DNA of 64,000 nucleotides from Octopus bimaculoides (Eukaryota). The notes beneath the pieces are model-generated. The model saw only the letters and a program-made list of their open reading frames with translations, searched no databases and was not told where the DNA came from. Within the stretch, counting starts at the first letter, position 1; each line of letters starts with the position of its first letter. Position numbers and translations under genes: made by a program. Positions 13,611 through 27,400 of this stretch are shown piece after piece. The stretch spans positions 11,989,111 to 12,053,110 of the forward strand of contig NC_068997.1 in the NCBI RefSeq assembly GCF_001194135.2. The letters are read 5' to 3'.

Positions 13611-15769
13611 AAAGAAACTGGTACAACGATTTACAATGAATGTCAATATATCAACGCAGCAGAGGGAGCCATTGGTAACATGTTTATCAGATTCACTTTC
13701 TTTGAATCACTGTTAACTTCTGGGAATGTAGGAAATTGTTGTCTATGTACACGTATTAAAGAAACGAGTATCTTGAAACACGTTGTTTACTTAGTATATA
13801 TTTTCTATTCTGCTTTATGAATAGGGTAGAGAGAGCGACCACTCACAATGATTGATTAAAAACATCTAAAAAGATTATATATGTTTGTGTTTGTGTGAAT
13901 GTATGCATGTATGTATGTATATGTATATGTGTATGTGTACATAGGTATACGCTCACACACAGATTTACACACGTACACAACCATACATTTACATGTATTA
14001 TAACTAGATTCAAACAAATCGACGTATAGGTCTAACAACTTGGATTCGTTGAAATAAAATGATTACAAATGATAAAAGTCACGGCAGTTTCTTCATTGTA
14101 TTATGTTGATTTTCCTCTATGCATTAAATCTACGCTGATCTCTGAAAGCAATTCTTGATTGCTTTCCATGAATTTCTTGCTATTACTGTCTGTGCATCGT
14201 TTATTTGTTTTCCCTTCTTTGTTGTATTAAATATTTACTTGCATGTTAAATAAAGGCAGTGTTTGTTTATTTTATCGGATAAGACAGTCTGTTTTGTCTA
14301 AGAGCAATTTTATGCTGAAGCTATTCAGTAGATCAATGTAACCATAAATTTGATTTGACTTAAGTTCAAATTTCTACTCTAGTTTCCAACAAATTTTCTT
14401 TCATCTAACATTGTTCATCATTTTTATTGTTCTTGCTATATTAGCTTTTTGTTTTGAATTTCAGAAGCATAAGCTTATTTGAAAAGTTGTAGTACACTCA
14501 GAAAACTACAACATATATGCTTATTGGTGGAGAGTTTTAGCCTATTTGTAAAATGTTGTTGTATAAAAATAATCTTTAGTTCGTTTATATATTCTAGCAA
14601 ATCAATAACGTATTGCCAGTGTTTATGTGTTCTCTATTCCCAACACCTCTAACCAAATCATTTTGCTACTTATATTTATTTACCACTTCAGTGAAACCTA
14701 AAACTATTTAAGCATCTTACAAATTCAAAAAGCCATGACTTAATCATACTTAAGTGTATATCTTTTCTAGTACTATATCTCAATGACGAAATATTTTTAT
14801 TCCAAAGGAGAACATACATTCGCTGTAATGAGGTTTTTATGTCTCCAATTAGTGAAGGTTACTGAAGCGAAATAGCCGATGGGATGGTTTCAGTTCAAAT
14901 CCACTCGTGACCTTATCAAGTATCGTTCTCCAATACATCTACAAACAGACACTGCTGCATCATTTAACATCAGCAGTATTTTTGTTGAATATTTTAAGCT
15001 ATTTCTTATACCTAACATATTTTTACTGATCTCTCTGTTTTTACACGGACATTGCTTGGATATTCCCCTTCTATTTGGAGCAAGAAGGATGTTTTACACT
15101 CGTGGTATTTCTATTTTCGTTTACTTCCAACATTGTGAACAGCTATTACAATGAGTCCGTAACACTAAGTGATGTTCCATAACTCCCATTAGAATATTTA
15201 TTTATGCCATTAATAAGACCACACCAGCTCCAAATGTACAAGACAGAACTGATGCATAGAAACGTGCAAATGTAATATAATAATATAATGATGATTTAAT
15301 TCCGGTGACATGTTTAATGTAATAAAGACTATGATCACGGCAATGAGATAATGTTGATAGGTTATAGTTGCATAGTTTTACCATTTCAATGGACTTTCAA
15401 CAGGTAAATTTGACAGAATGTCTAGTTATCCTACGAATTATTAACAGTTGTAACCTACTATATATTCTGCGACTATAAATAATAAAAGCAATGGAATCCG
15501 AACGTTCCGGTCTATCTGTTTAACGTGTCTGTTCAATAAATTCACTTCATTGCTATCAGATTTACCTATAAGCTAATTATTTGTTTATAACACGTGAAGC
15601 TCATTCCTACAAATGATAGTGGATTATGTTTTATGACTGCCTGAAATAAAAAGAGAAATCTCTAGATTTGTGGACTAATTGTTTTGTTTGCGTTAACAGG
15701 AAATTAAATACCTCACAATCAAAGTGTAGTTAAGGCGGTCTAGGAATATCCTGGCATAATTCTCAGGTC

Positions 15770-16095
15770 GAACAGATAAGGAGGACACACTGACCAACTT
15801 TAGGCATTTTTCCAAGTCCTTGATCGAAGTGGGACTTGAATTCATCTGTTTTGTTAAACTCGCGTGCAGTTTAATATGGATTTTCTTCAAGCACAGTTTC
15901 CCGAAGCTCAAAATTGACAGAATTTGGTAGTCTAGATCGAGGGGAATTTGCGAGAGAAAAAAGATTACAAGCGGGATTGACGAAACCATCGTTGGTACGT
16001 AAAGCTTCATTTCCATTGACAGAACAAATATTTCTCGCCACTTCCTTTGCTGAAGAGTTTCTCCGGAATTTATACAGCATGCACTGTCTCATATG
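15770..16095 (-). mobile_element. Mariner transposase N-terminal (HTH) remnant, second family
   Basis: MRQCMLYKFRRNSSAKEVARNICSVNGNEAL...FSLANSPRSRLP...VLEENPY, then a frameshifted LGKMPKVGQCV, resembling RH.mlyeF..g..a.ea.rnic.vyG...rsGRP and LGK..K.G.WVP. Confidence 0.75.
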
Positions 16096-17513
16096 AGTCT
16101 AATCTAAACTTATTTTAAAACATTGAAATTAAAAGGGATTTAATCACTACATCCACTTACATCCATTTACGTCCAGAACTAATATTGACTGAAAACAACA
16201 CAATAGATAAGTATTGCTTTTAATAGTTTATAGTGGGCAGCTATATTACACGGTGTGGGGTGTTTCAAGTATTATGGTTTTAAAAGGGAGATTTAACTCA
16301 TTTTACATACACAAAGGAGGGCTATCAAAAAACTAAAAGAAGTGAGAAAGAAATTTTCTGATGTCAATTACAGAGAAGTGCCAAATACTTCAACCAACCA
16401 GGGCAAAGTACATGCTTGACCTCTGTTAAACAAACAATATGGATCTAATCCAATAGAGAAAATATCACCACACAAGACTGGTTTCAATGACTCTCTACAC
16501 CTGACATCGACATGACATTGAAAATATTTATGTCCATAAGGAAAGACACGCTACAATTTTATTCCAGAGAGAAAGGTCACTGCACATAAAAACAAGATTC
16601 CCAGGAAGTATAAAGTTCTTATAGGACGGTGTACAAAGATGGCAAACCGCTTCAACAGAGAACTCAACGGCAGAGATTATGTATGTAGGTATGCATGCAT
16701 GTATGTAGGTATGCATGCATGTATGTATGCATATATATATATATGTATCTATGCATGTATGTATGTATATATGTATGTAGTTTCTATGCATGTGTGTATG
16801 TATTCATGAATGTATTTATGTTTATACATATATTTAGTTCAAACAAGACATAATTGTTTACCTCATTAACTGTTTCATATATATACATGCCCGCTCACAC
16901 GTACAGTTTTATCATCACATGGGAATATAGATGGTAATATTGAATGAAAGATCAACTATTACGATAAAATTTAAAATAATTATTTGTTCACAACTACAGA
17001 AAATAGTAGAAATATTAGTAAATGTAGGTTTTACTTCCGCTGACAAAAATTACGACGAGTATTGAGATATTGAGATAATAAAAATATACCAATAGCAGAA
17101 CACCGCCATCAAAATTTAGATTCATGGTGCTCTCGTGCAAATATCTAGTCTGTACATACCTTTGCCTGCTATATTACAACAATACAGGAACTTGAAATTC
17201 TACAGAATGTACAGCATTTTGAAGTAAGAGGTCTCTGGTTACAATTTTCTCGAAACACAATTCAATAAACTTTCCTTTTTACAGTGCATAAATCGTACGA
17301 GATATCTCAGTGCCTAAATATCATCATAATAAATAATAGCTAAGTAAAAAAATAAAAGATAAATAAAAACCATAATTTCACATATTTCTAAGTCTTTAGG
17401 TGAAATACAGCGCAACAATAATGATTTTATTAAAGTTAAATTTATTCACATCATATAGCACACATAAAACACACACATATATATACACACGCATATATGG
17501 ATATGTTTGTGTG

Positions 17514-17552
<39 letters not shown>

Positions 17553-17999
17553 NNNNNNNNNNTATATATATATATATATATATACGTGTGTGTGTGTGTG
17601 TGTATGTGTATGTGTGTCTTTCTGTGTCTGTGTCTGTGTCTGTGTGTCAACACACATGCACATTTAAATATATATACACGTATCCCTGTGTTTATATGAG
17701 TTATATGCTGTGAAGAAAGGTCAAAGGCTTGAAAAGAAATGTTCAACAATTCAGACAATATTGTCAAAGCTGAACTATGACAAAGAACAGAACAAAGACA
17801 ACAAACAAGAGACGGTAAATACACGGTCAAAATACAAAAGAAGAAATAACAACACGACCAAAGAAATATAATAGAAGCTGACTTGGCTTCAACAACAGTA
17901 AGTCACATACATTTTGCTTCGTGAAGCGGGGCGTAAAATCAGAAGAAGAAAAAAACAGCGTACAGTACAATAAAAAATAAAGACATTAGTATGTTAATA

Positions 18000-18340
18000 T
18001 TGGAAAGATCATATTGAATATCTTTGCCGTAAATTTCCACATAACTCCGAAGTATTATCAAATATAATGGATCATCAATCTAATGTGAATGCTCAGGCAG
18101 AAATAACAATACATGAAATAGAGGAACAATAATAAGAATGATAAACTGTAAGTCCCCTGGTATATATGGCATCAGTGTTGAGGTAATAAAAGTTGGAATG
18201 AGGCACACAGCTAATATGTTAAATATAATATTGTAATATAGAAAAGAGAAAAGACATAATGGCTGGAATCTTATCTTGAGATCACCAATATCTAAAATGG
18301 GCAACAAGCAATATATGATAAATGGAGAAAAACAATATTC
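18000..18340 (+). mobile_element. Non-LTR (RTE/CR1-like) ORF2 remnant, RT domain 0
   Basis: AEITIHEIE, then a frameshift, then MINCKSPGIYGISVEVIKVGMRHTANML (18138-18236). This fits the K(A/S)PG.DG...E..K motif of LINE RTs. Confidence 0.6.
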
Positions 18341-18803
18341 AGTAGAATGCTCTTTCTCTGAATGAAAAGTTAAAGGAAAAAGCGACGAGATGGGAAGAAG
18401 GCGTTTTGGGGCTAACAGGGTCGACGGTTATGTTTTTTCTATATCCGGATAATTTAGAGCTACCATCAGCATAATGTGGTTGAATACAATATAGAAGGTA
18501 ATTAAAAAAAAGGAGTGTGAATTATAGCGATAACAAAGGCGCCGTTAACAAATGTGTTGAGCTTATAGACTACTTTGATGGACAGAACTACGGGTGTATC
18601 TGAGATAATGTGTCTTGAATTTTTCATGAATGAACTGAAAGAGTTGAATTAAAATCTGGAACATTGATGTCGACAGCATAAATAATGGGTGTGGTGACGC
18701 CCCAATCCAAATCTCCCAATCAGAATCTCTCACCAGTTGAAAATATCCACTCAGCTGTTCTAGGAAACATAAGAAATCTAGCGATGTGTCACCAAGCAAA
18801 GTA

Positions 18804-19023
18804 ATTCCTTTCTACTACTCTAGGCACAAGGCCCGACATTTTGGGAGAGGGGGCCAGTCGATTAGATCGACCCCAGTACGCAACTGATACTTAATTTATC
18901 GACCCTGAAAGGATGAAAGGCAAAGTCGACTTCGGCGGAATTTGAACTCAGAATGTAAAGACAGACGAAATACCGCAAAGCATTTCGCCCGGTGTGCTGA
19001 CGTTTCTGCCAGCTCGTCGCCTT
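18804..19023 (-). mobile_element. SINE family B, full length
   Basis: Reverse complement aaggcgacgagctggcagaaacgtcagcacaccgggcgaaatgc...gagttcaaattccgccgaagtcgactttgcctttcatcctttcagggtcgataaattaag...ggccttgtgcctagagtag; B-box-like gagttcaaattcc. Confidence 0.9.
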
Positions 19024-19504
19024 ACCTAGCAAAGAAATTATCTCACTGAACGGTTCTGCAGTAGAAAATATTACAATGAGTGTGACTCTGAATGATGATA
19101 TACTCAATGAAACGAGAGAAAAGGCAAAAAGTGTCTGACTATCGCAAAATGTGATTAGGACGACATAAAACTAAAGACGATTCAAAATGAGTTGAGGTTA
19201 CGCTGCAAAACCTCACTATTTTCCGATTCACGATCTATCCTCTGGGAACATGGCCCCTAAAATCTAGAAGCAAACGCTGACTAGAAATGTTCGAAATATG
19301 TTAATAGTCAATATTAGAATTACCATTAAACAGGAATAGAAATATTGTTTTCAGAAAAGTTATTCACATGATGTATGCTATTATACTCTTACTATGTTAT
19401 AGTGAGGCCATGTCACTTAGTAGTGCTAACATTTCAACAGGATTTGACGGGACTAACTTCGGTTAACATTTGATACCTTAGATTCTATATGTAACATTAC
19501 CCCA

Positions 19505-19650
19505 TGAGTTACGTACAATAAATAAGATAACCAGACAACAATGTAACAAACTAATAAAACCCTTTACGAACTAACAATCAACATTTTTTCTGAACTAGCC
19601 GACCGACACATTCCGACTTCACAGCGAACTAACACGAACTTCACTCGGTT
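19505..19650 (-). mobile_element. Orphan LTR fragment, same family as the 20664-22002 element
   Basis: gttacgtacaataaataagataaccagacaac...ccgaccgacacattccgacttcacagcgaactaacacgaacttcactcgg aligns with 20664-20830 and 21738-21900. Confidence 0.85.
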
Positions 19651-19974
19651 AGCATTTGATATCTTCGATTCTATAATTATGTATAACATTACTTCATAAG
19701 TTCTTGATAAAAAAAAAAACGAAGTTGGGTATTTTCCATCATTTCATTTCGTTGATAGTTGAGCATATTAAGATGTTCCAGGAAAGGTTTCAGCAAGATG
19801 CTTCAAAATTTATCTTAACTTGCATGTTAGGCCTCATACAATGTCTCTCAAATTTAGATCATAAATCCAGAGTGTATTCGCGCAACTACTATTTTTGAAT
19901 ATTTCAATGATCATTTTTACTTGTGATATATAGAAATATAGAATTTTAGTGCACCTTTTACATTTTATTTATGT

Positions 19975-20018
<44 letters not shown>

Positions 20019-20663
20019 AGAGAGAGAGAGAAACAGAGTAAGAGAGAAGTGCTAAATAGATAAATAAATAGACAGGTAGGTATGTAGGGAGGGAGGAAGG
20101 TAGATAGGTAGGTATATAGACAGACAGACAAACACACTGATAGATAGATAGGTCGATAGATAGATATACACACTCACAAACATGCATGTACGTATGTATG
20201 TTTGTATGTATGTATACATGTATGTAGATATGTATGTATGTATGCACGTATGTATGTATGCATATGGATGCATAAGTATAAATAGTGTGAATTAGAGAAA
20301 CGCTATACAACTATAGCACGGTTGATATGCTCAAGGATGGACAGCTAATGGATTGGTTTGAAATATGTGTGTTTGAATCAAGACTTTCAACATATTTCAA
20401 GAATTCGTCATGAAAGCACTGAAATATGCGAATAAACGCCTGTAAGTTACTAAGCCATATTCTAACGAACCAATCCTAATGTTCACGAATATTGGTAAAT
20501 TGAAAATATCGACTAAACTGTTAGACAAAACAGAGCTGTGAGATTTCGAATTTCACCACAGTTTCTACCTGTTTATGTGACACTTTGGTTGTCTACTATA
20601 ACCTTGTGGGCTAATAATACTGGTAATTTTGCGGGCGCCCATTTTATGCATAGCTACACAAGC

Positions 20664-22002
20664 TGATGTAACGTAATTTGTTACGTACAATAAATAAGAT
20701 AGCCATGCAACAGTAAAAACAACGTAACAAACTAGCAAATCCTTTTACGAACCAACAATCAATATTCTTTGTGAATTAACCGACCGACACCTTCCGACTT
20801 CACTGCGAACTAACACGAACTTCACTCGGCTCATACAATATTTCCCCTTTTGAGATTTCGACTAATGTGAAAAAGTGGAATTTCTCTTATTTTCTTTTCT
20901 TCGCAGCACCTCTCCCTCTTTTTTCTTTTAGCTGTCGTATCTTTTAAGGTAGTATTGTTCGTTGCAAACAGCAGTCGGCCATATCTGTATTCTTGAGGAA
21001 TCCTTTCCTTGAATTTTTCTTACATCGTATTTCAGGTTTACCATCTTTTGGCATTCTTCTGCCACGGACTGTAAGGTTAGATCTTGATTCACTTGTTCCA
21101 ATTTAAAAAGAATTCTTGCTCGAATTTCTATATCTTCGCTTGCTGTAAGGCTTTGTAAGAAAATATAACACTTGAACATCTCATGTGTAAGTTCTTTGAG
21201 TTTACAACTTTCACATATCCTGTTGACTGTTGCTGCGTATGTGATAAAATCATCGTTCTCTTTGTTATATTCTAACAGTCCAGTTGAGTGTTGAATAGAG
21301 ACGTTTTATCACCGAATATGTTAGACAATAATTCTATTGTTTCTTTAAAACAAATTTCATTGAGTTTAGTGGGCAATATGAAATTACAGTAACGTCCATG
21401 CTCTAACGGAGCTAATTTTTGCAATAACAATCTCACATTTTGTTCATCCGACTATGATTAAAACTTTTGTCAAACTTTCTGTAGTTCGATGCAAAAATTA
21501 AACCCTCCATTGGGTTATAACTGAATTCATTTATCGAGTTCAAAACACCGTCTGGCGAAAACGAATTTACTACATTTTTGGAATTATTTGAATAATTGTT
21601 GTTGTAGTTATTGCTGTAGTAGTTGCTTCTGCAACTCCTAACGCTGCTCTTGTTGTTGCTTTTCCATTATTCAATAGGTTGCATCACGAACAAATTATTA
21701 AATAACCTACGTGGGCTTCGAAACCCTCGTCGCCAGATGTTGTAACATAATTTGTTACGTATAAAAAGATAACCAGACAACAGTAAACAACGATGTAACG
21801 AACTAACAAATCTCTTCACAAACCAACAATCAATATTCCTTGTGAAGTAACCAACAGACACCTTCCGACTTCACTGCGAACTAACACGAACTTCACTCGA
21901 CGCCGAACTCTAAACTCAGAACTCTCTTTGATCATTACTATTTATACTTTATTCGGACCGGTCTATTTCTCGCAAGAGGGCGTCGTAACTCTCATCACAA
22001 CA
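20664..22002 (-). mobile_element. Internally deleted Gypsy (Mag-like) LTR retrotransposon: 5' LTR 21738-22002, PBS 21723-21735, gag remnant ~20990-21670, PPT 20841-20852, 3' LTR 20664-20840
   Basis: The 5' LTR is bounded by TGTTGT...ACAACA. PBS TGGCGACGAGGGT is complementary to the recalled 3' end of tRNA-Ser(GCU). PPT caaaaggggaaa abuts the 3' LTR. Gag peptides: SFSPDGVLNSINEFSYNP, VRLLLQKLAPLEHGRYCNFILP, DDFITYAATVNRICE..KLKELTHEMFKCYIFLQSLTASEDIEIRARILFKLEQ..DLTLQSVAEECQKMVNLKYD. Confidence 0.9.
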
Positions 22003-23296
22003 CATTCAAACAGAGGTGTATATGTGTAGGTGCATGTGTGTGGGTGCATAAGTGTAGTCATTGAATACACTATGTAGCTTTAAAAAATGTACATATTTTG
22101 TACCTCACGAGTAAAAAACGTATATACAATAAAGTATAACAATACATGTTTGGTAAACTTAAGGATTAGAAGAAGTTTTCATTAAAGTATATATTAAAAG
22201 TAATGTAGTATTTTCGAAGAAGAATTATAATTAACCAGAAAATTAAAAAAAAAAAAAATTTCCTTTAAGGCTTCTTTCTATTTATTACCTTAATTCTTGT
22301 ATAGATTCTGCCGCGGACTTGGAAACATTTCATGAACAATCTGGATTCGCCTAATTACGGAATTTTAGCATCTTCTTTAAAATATCGTATAAAATGGATA
22401 AAATAATTAGTTAGGTACGACGGTAGTTGTAACCGACTAGCTTCGTACCCCAATAATTCACGACTTGTGTCTACAGTAGACTGTGTTATTTATGAATTAT
22501 TTAATTCGTTCCGGTAATCAAATTTTCCCTCTAGGGTATAGTCAGTTGAAATTGTGCACACACAAACAATGTATGCACTCGAAAGGTGGAACTCATAGAT
22601 ACATTGTGTATTTGAAAAAAAAACATTAGGTCATTTTTAAGTATTTAAATTTGTTAAATTTACCCATGTTTTTGAAAGAGCGGAAATATATGCCATTTCT
22701 CGAAATTAGTGGTTATATTTTACAAGTTAGCGTTACAAAATAACTTGAAACAATTTCCCCTAATAAGACAATTCATGTGAGTGTGAATATGTGTTGAGAG
22801 GTTACAAAGAGAGTCATATATTTTGTCTTTTGTATGGGAAAGACACTTTTGGATTAAAGCACGTAGATATGCACAAACATCATTGTAGACTATTGTCCAG
22901 CATCGCCATTTTCAGCAAGATCTCGCTTTATCGTTATATCCGGTATCACAGAATGAACTTGATTTCATGTCCAGAGATAGAGATAAGGAGCTTATAAAAA
23001 TTACACTCAGTGATTCGTTTCTTGTCTGATCTATGTTTAAATGAGATTAATATAAGTTGTTTATATGTTCTAGATCTTAGGTTTAAGTCCAAACCATTTA
23101 CTCAATAGATTGCGTTGTTTCTCTTTGATTCCAGTGTGATTGCTTTCCTAAATACTATTTTTCCTAATCCCATAAAGTGATTAACGAAACTTTTAATCAG
23201 AACATTCTAATTTATACTTAACTATCATGAGGATAACTTTCATGGTTTGTATAGCATTTATTGTTAAGTTGGTCAGAAATTATGTTCCATTTTTTC

Positions 23297-23311
23297 ATAT
23301 TCAATAGCTCT

Positions 23312-23401
<90 letters not shown>

Positions 23402-23412
23402 TTATCTATGTA
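23297..23412. repeat. Compound (CT)n-(TCTA)n microsatellite
   Basis: Directly visible. Confidence 0.95.
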
Positions 23413-23888
23413 TCTGTCCCATAACTTAGTTCTACATGTAATACAAGTATATACTGCTAAAATTTCCATGGGCATAGTATTGGTTTCACTACAATGCTAG
23501 TATCTATTGGTTTTATATGATATGCGGATGTGTGATTGTGCACGAATTGTAATACCAGTATTTCAAAGGTATTTGAAATATCGGTATTATATAAAAAAAT
23601 TAATTTTGTTATTTTATATTACTTTATGTAAGCTTGGTTTCTGATGCATAACCACAGATCATAATGGTGAGATATAAGTAATTCATCGAGAAAAGTACAC
23701 TCGTAAATAGTTCAATTGCACAGCATGGCTAAGTAGCTGACATCTACTCCAGGGATGTTTGAATCATGAACTTAAAATCATCTAAAATACTGTTGACCGA
23801 GTTTTAAACTTGTGTTCTAACGTATACACAACGATCCTTTCAATTAAAAATCCGGGTTTCTCTTCTCAGGCAAGGAATAGTCATATTT

Positions 23889-24064
23889 ATATTCTTTTCT
23901 ACTCTAGGCACAAGGCCAGCAATTTGGGGGGACGGGGCCAGTCGATTAGATCGACCCCAGTACGCAACCGGTCCTAAATTTATCGACCCCGAAAGGATGC
24001 AAGGCAAAGTCGACCTAGGAGGAATTCGAACTCAGAATGTAAAGACAGACAAAATACCGCAAAC
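23889..24064 (-). mobile_element. SINE family B, 5'-clipped
   Basis: Matches the 18804-19023 copy over its whole length. Confidence 0.9.
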
Positions 24065-24102
24065 CTGGGTGTAATTTTAAGCCGTTAATATATTTCATTT
24101 CA

Positions 24103-24317
24103 AAGGAGGTGAGATGGCAGAAGCGTTATCTCGCCGGGCGAAATGCTTAGTGGTATTTCGTCGTTCATTACGTTCTGAATTCAAATTCCGTCGACTTTGC
24201 TTTTTATCCTTTTGGGGTCGATAAATTAAATACCAGTTGCGTACTGGGGTCGATATAATCGACTGCCCCCGCCCCACGAAAAATTCGGGCCTTGACCCTA
24301 GAGTAGAAAAGAATATT
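24103..24317 (+). mobile_element. SINE family B, full length
   Basis: aaggaggtgagatggcagaagcgtt...ccgggcgaaatgcttagtggtatttcg...ggggtcgataaattaaataccagttgcgtactggggtcgat...ggccttgaccctagagtagaaaag. Confidence 0.9.
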
Positions 24318-24496
24318 CTTCATTTCAGTATGTTACCTTCAGTTTTACATCAAATAAAATCAACCNNNNNNNNNNCACAGTTCTTAATTGATTCTTATTT
24401 CATTAAGCTATTTATAGTACTCAGATAGTGATTATTTAATCAGCTCCGAAATGGTGCAAGAGAAACGAGGCTAAGGTGGAATTTGAATTAAGCATA

Positions 24497-24529
<33 letters not shown>

Positions 24530-26849
24530 GAGAGTGAGAGAGGGAGTGAGAGAGAGAGAGATTTAATTTAAAATAGCGTACTATTTTACCATCATTCTAC
24601 CAGTCTTGTCAGTCTATCTTCTCCTTGCACTCAAAATATTACTAGCGTTTCCCTTGTTTCATAGAATGCAGAATGTGACATCATATTATTGATTTTTACT
24701 AAACAATTAATCTTATCGCTGCTCATATAATATTCTGCAAACCGTCTAGCAATGCATAATACAGATGTAAGTTTCTTTCCATAATAACTTATTTTAGCGA
24801 ACCAGAGTGTGTGTGATATGTGGCCTTTGACATGGTGTGGAGACTGAGTTGCAACAAACGGCCTCATTGCGCTGATAGTCTGCTTTTCTACATTGGAGCC
24901 GTGATGTTGTAGATTCGGAAAAAAGATTCTTGTAATATAGTTTGTTGGTAAGCATGATCATACACATTTGAGCGTTTGCTTCTAACAGAAGCAAACATTC
25001 GACCTGTATGACGAATCTGTATACTAATATGACTCAGATTTCCGCTTTCTAACCAACGTAAAGAAATTGTTTACTCTAAAAAGTACGCTAAATTTTTAGG
25101 TTAGACTAGTATTTCTGAACTTTCCCCTCTAATATTCATCACAATTTCTTAAATTATTTTAATGAATCAAATATTCTGGATATCATTTCTCCTCCCTAAT
25201 TATTTTCATGTCGACGGTTTTATTATATTCCAATACTATGGGTTTTCGTCATTGTGAAACATCCCCATTTTGACGATGTGCGTTTATAATAAATTAAATC
25301 TACCAGGACTTTGAGAGGACGCGCTTTTTTTCTAATTTTTTGTATGTTTCCTTAGACAAAGCTACCCGACTAGATCGATAAATCTAACAAGAGTATTGGC
25401 TCTTTTTTCATAAAAATAGCTATTAGATAGTCACATTTGAATTTGCCAGCCCAATGGGGAATGGATAGACACGTTATTATGTGAATTCTCACTATCACTA
25501 CTTTGCTTGCACCTCATGAATTATTATCTGTTTGGTGCACATCAGCGCGTTTCAACAAACGTTTCGTTTGCTTAATGTTATAAAAGAATGCCGGTACTCT
25601 TATAAACATCAATCTGTTTGGGTAGCTTTGACTGAAGAGACAAACGATAAGGCGGAAACGCCACCATATCTCGAAGATCCTTTACACAGTTGAGACACGT
25701 GTATTATGAACACACATCATGTCATGGGAGAAGATACTCTCAACAGGAATCAGATATTCACGCCCAAATCTTCCAAAAAGTATTTAACATGAAAAGCAGC
25801 GTTATTGTTTCGATTATCGCCGTTCTGCGACAACATGAATTATCAACCGTTTAAATGACATCAGTGAACAAATAATTTTATTTTTAATCGTTTTGAGGCA
25901 TTCTCATTATTTATTGCCGCTTTCTAAATGTTTTTTGTGCTTAAATATTGTCTATTAGGGTCTCTATATTGTGTTAACAATAAAGTATGCCTAAATCATA
26001 AGAGTTTCAGAAAAATGAGATTTAATAGCATTTCGTTATTTATGCTCTATCGTGATTAATATATTTTAAATCTTCAAAGACAAGTTGACATCGCCATTTA
26101 AATAAATCACATCATTTTCGTTGGTACTTCATAAATATTAATTTATTGTGGAGAATAGATAATATTAGCTTCTTTCAAATATATAAAATAATACAGAATA
26201 TCACAAATATTGTAAGAAATTCCCAACACACTTTACATTTTTAGCTCATAACTAATGAATTGAAACAAAATTATAAATATATTCAAAACTTCTAATAAAA
26301 AAGTTCGATGAATCAAAATATTTAAACATTTATGAGTAATATATCTTGCTGCTTTTAAATAAGAGCAATTCATAGAAATTTATGTATAAATATAACAAAA
26401 AATATGAGCCTGTGTTATGAGATATCACAATTGATCTGAAAATTAGCTGCGTGCACGCATCAGTAGTCACAACGCCCTCTTGCCATTACCATACATGTTT
26501 CAAATTGAAATGTCAATTAAATTGGCGTTTATCATCGACACTCTACTTTATTTTTTTCAGTACTCATAGATACACCATCTTGCTTATAAATTCTTTCTTT
26601 AGCTTTCTTTTCATTATTTCAACAATATTTTAAAAGTAGGTGCTGCTGTTATACCCGCAGACATTAAAGTTTACGGCTGAGATATGAAGTACAAATGCAC
26701 CACTATCTTCAAGAAAGCCACATTGGGATTTTAAGAAAGCTGCTTCAATTTCTACATTTTGTATATTTGGAAGATATAAGCAGGGTGAACATCATTATGA
26801 ATAGGGATATTGTCTTGCAATCGTACAACACATCTCGACAATCGTCCGA

Positions 26850-27400
26850 ATTGTTTACTTTAAATTGTAGGCGTTAGCTTGTCAGGCTGTCTTTTTCTAT
26901 AATAAGTACTGTTTACTATTAAGTTCCTCCCTTGGAAATGAACCAGTAGTTGTTCCTTTCAAAGTTTCTTGCTTGGCCGACTCCTGAAGTTTTTCCTGAC
27001 ATTTCCATTCCATAATTTAGTATTTACTTCTCGTGGGTTATTTCTCTTTTCGTCGTTGATAACGGTTTGTAGGTATTATTTTCAACGCTATTGAAATCCA
27101 AAAGTAATCAATTTTTTAATAATTTGACTGTTCATATCTTCGATATGATTTTGGATCCTCTTGCATTAGATCATTTAAGTCATTTCTGATGTGGATGATT
27201 TCTATGGCAGACCTATGGCCAATTTGAAAAAAATTATTGTTTTGTTTCTCGAATTTCTAGACATGGCAGCCAATTCTCAATCATACCAGACCCTTCTGGC
27301 TAAGCTTATAGGAACCTCGCCACCTTACCATGTTAAATATATGATCTTTCAGAGAGATCAGATTAGATATATTTACTGAAAGTGGTATAGTTAATATTTT
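26850..27400 (-). mobile_element. Possible highly decayed Penelope remnant (RT thumb to GIY-YIG linker)
   Basis: Short minus-strand motifs VPISLARRV (27288-27314; compare IP.nLARR) and RKRQP (26884-26898; compare KRQP.nL) occur in the expected order; the rest is unalignable by eye. Confidence 0.35.

Noticed and set aside
16590-16680. NKIPRKYKVLIGRCTKMANRF, vaguely LINE-like
   Set aside because: Short and not corroborated by flanking motifs.
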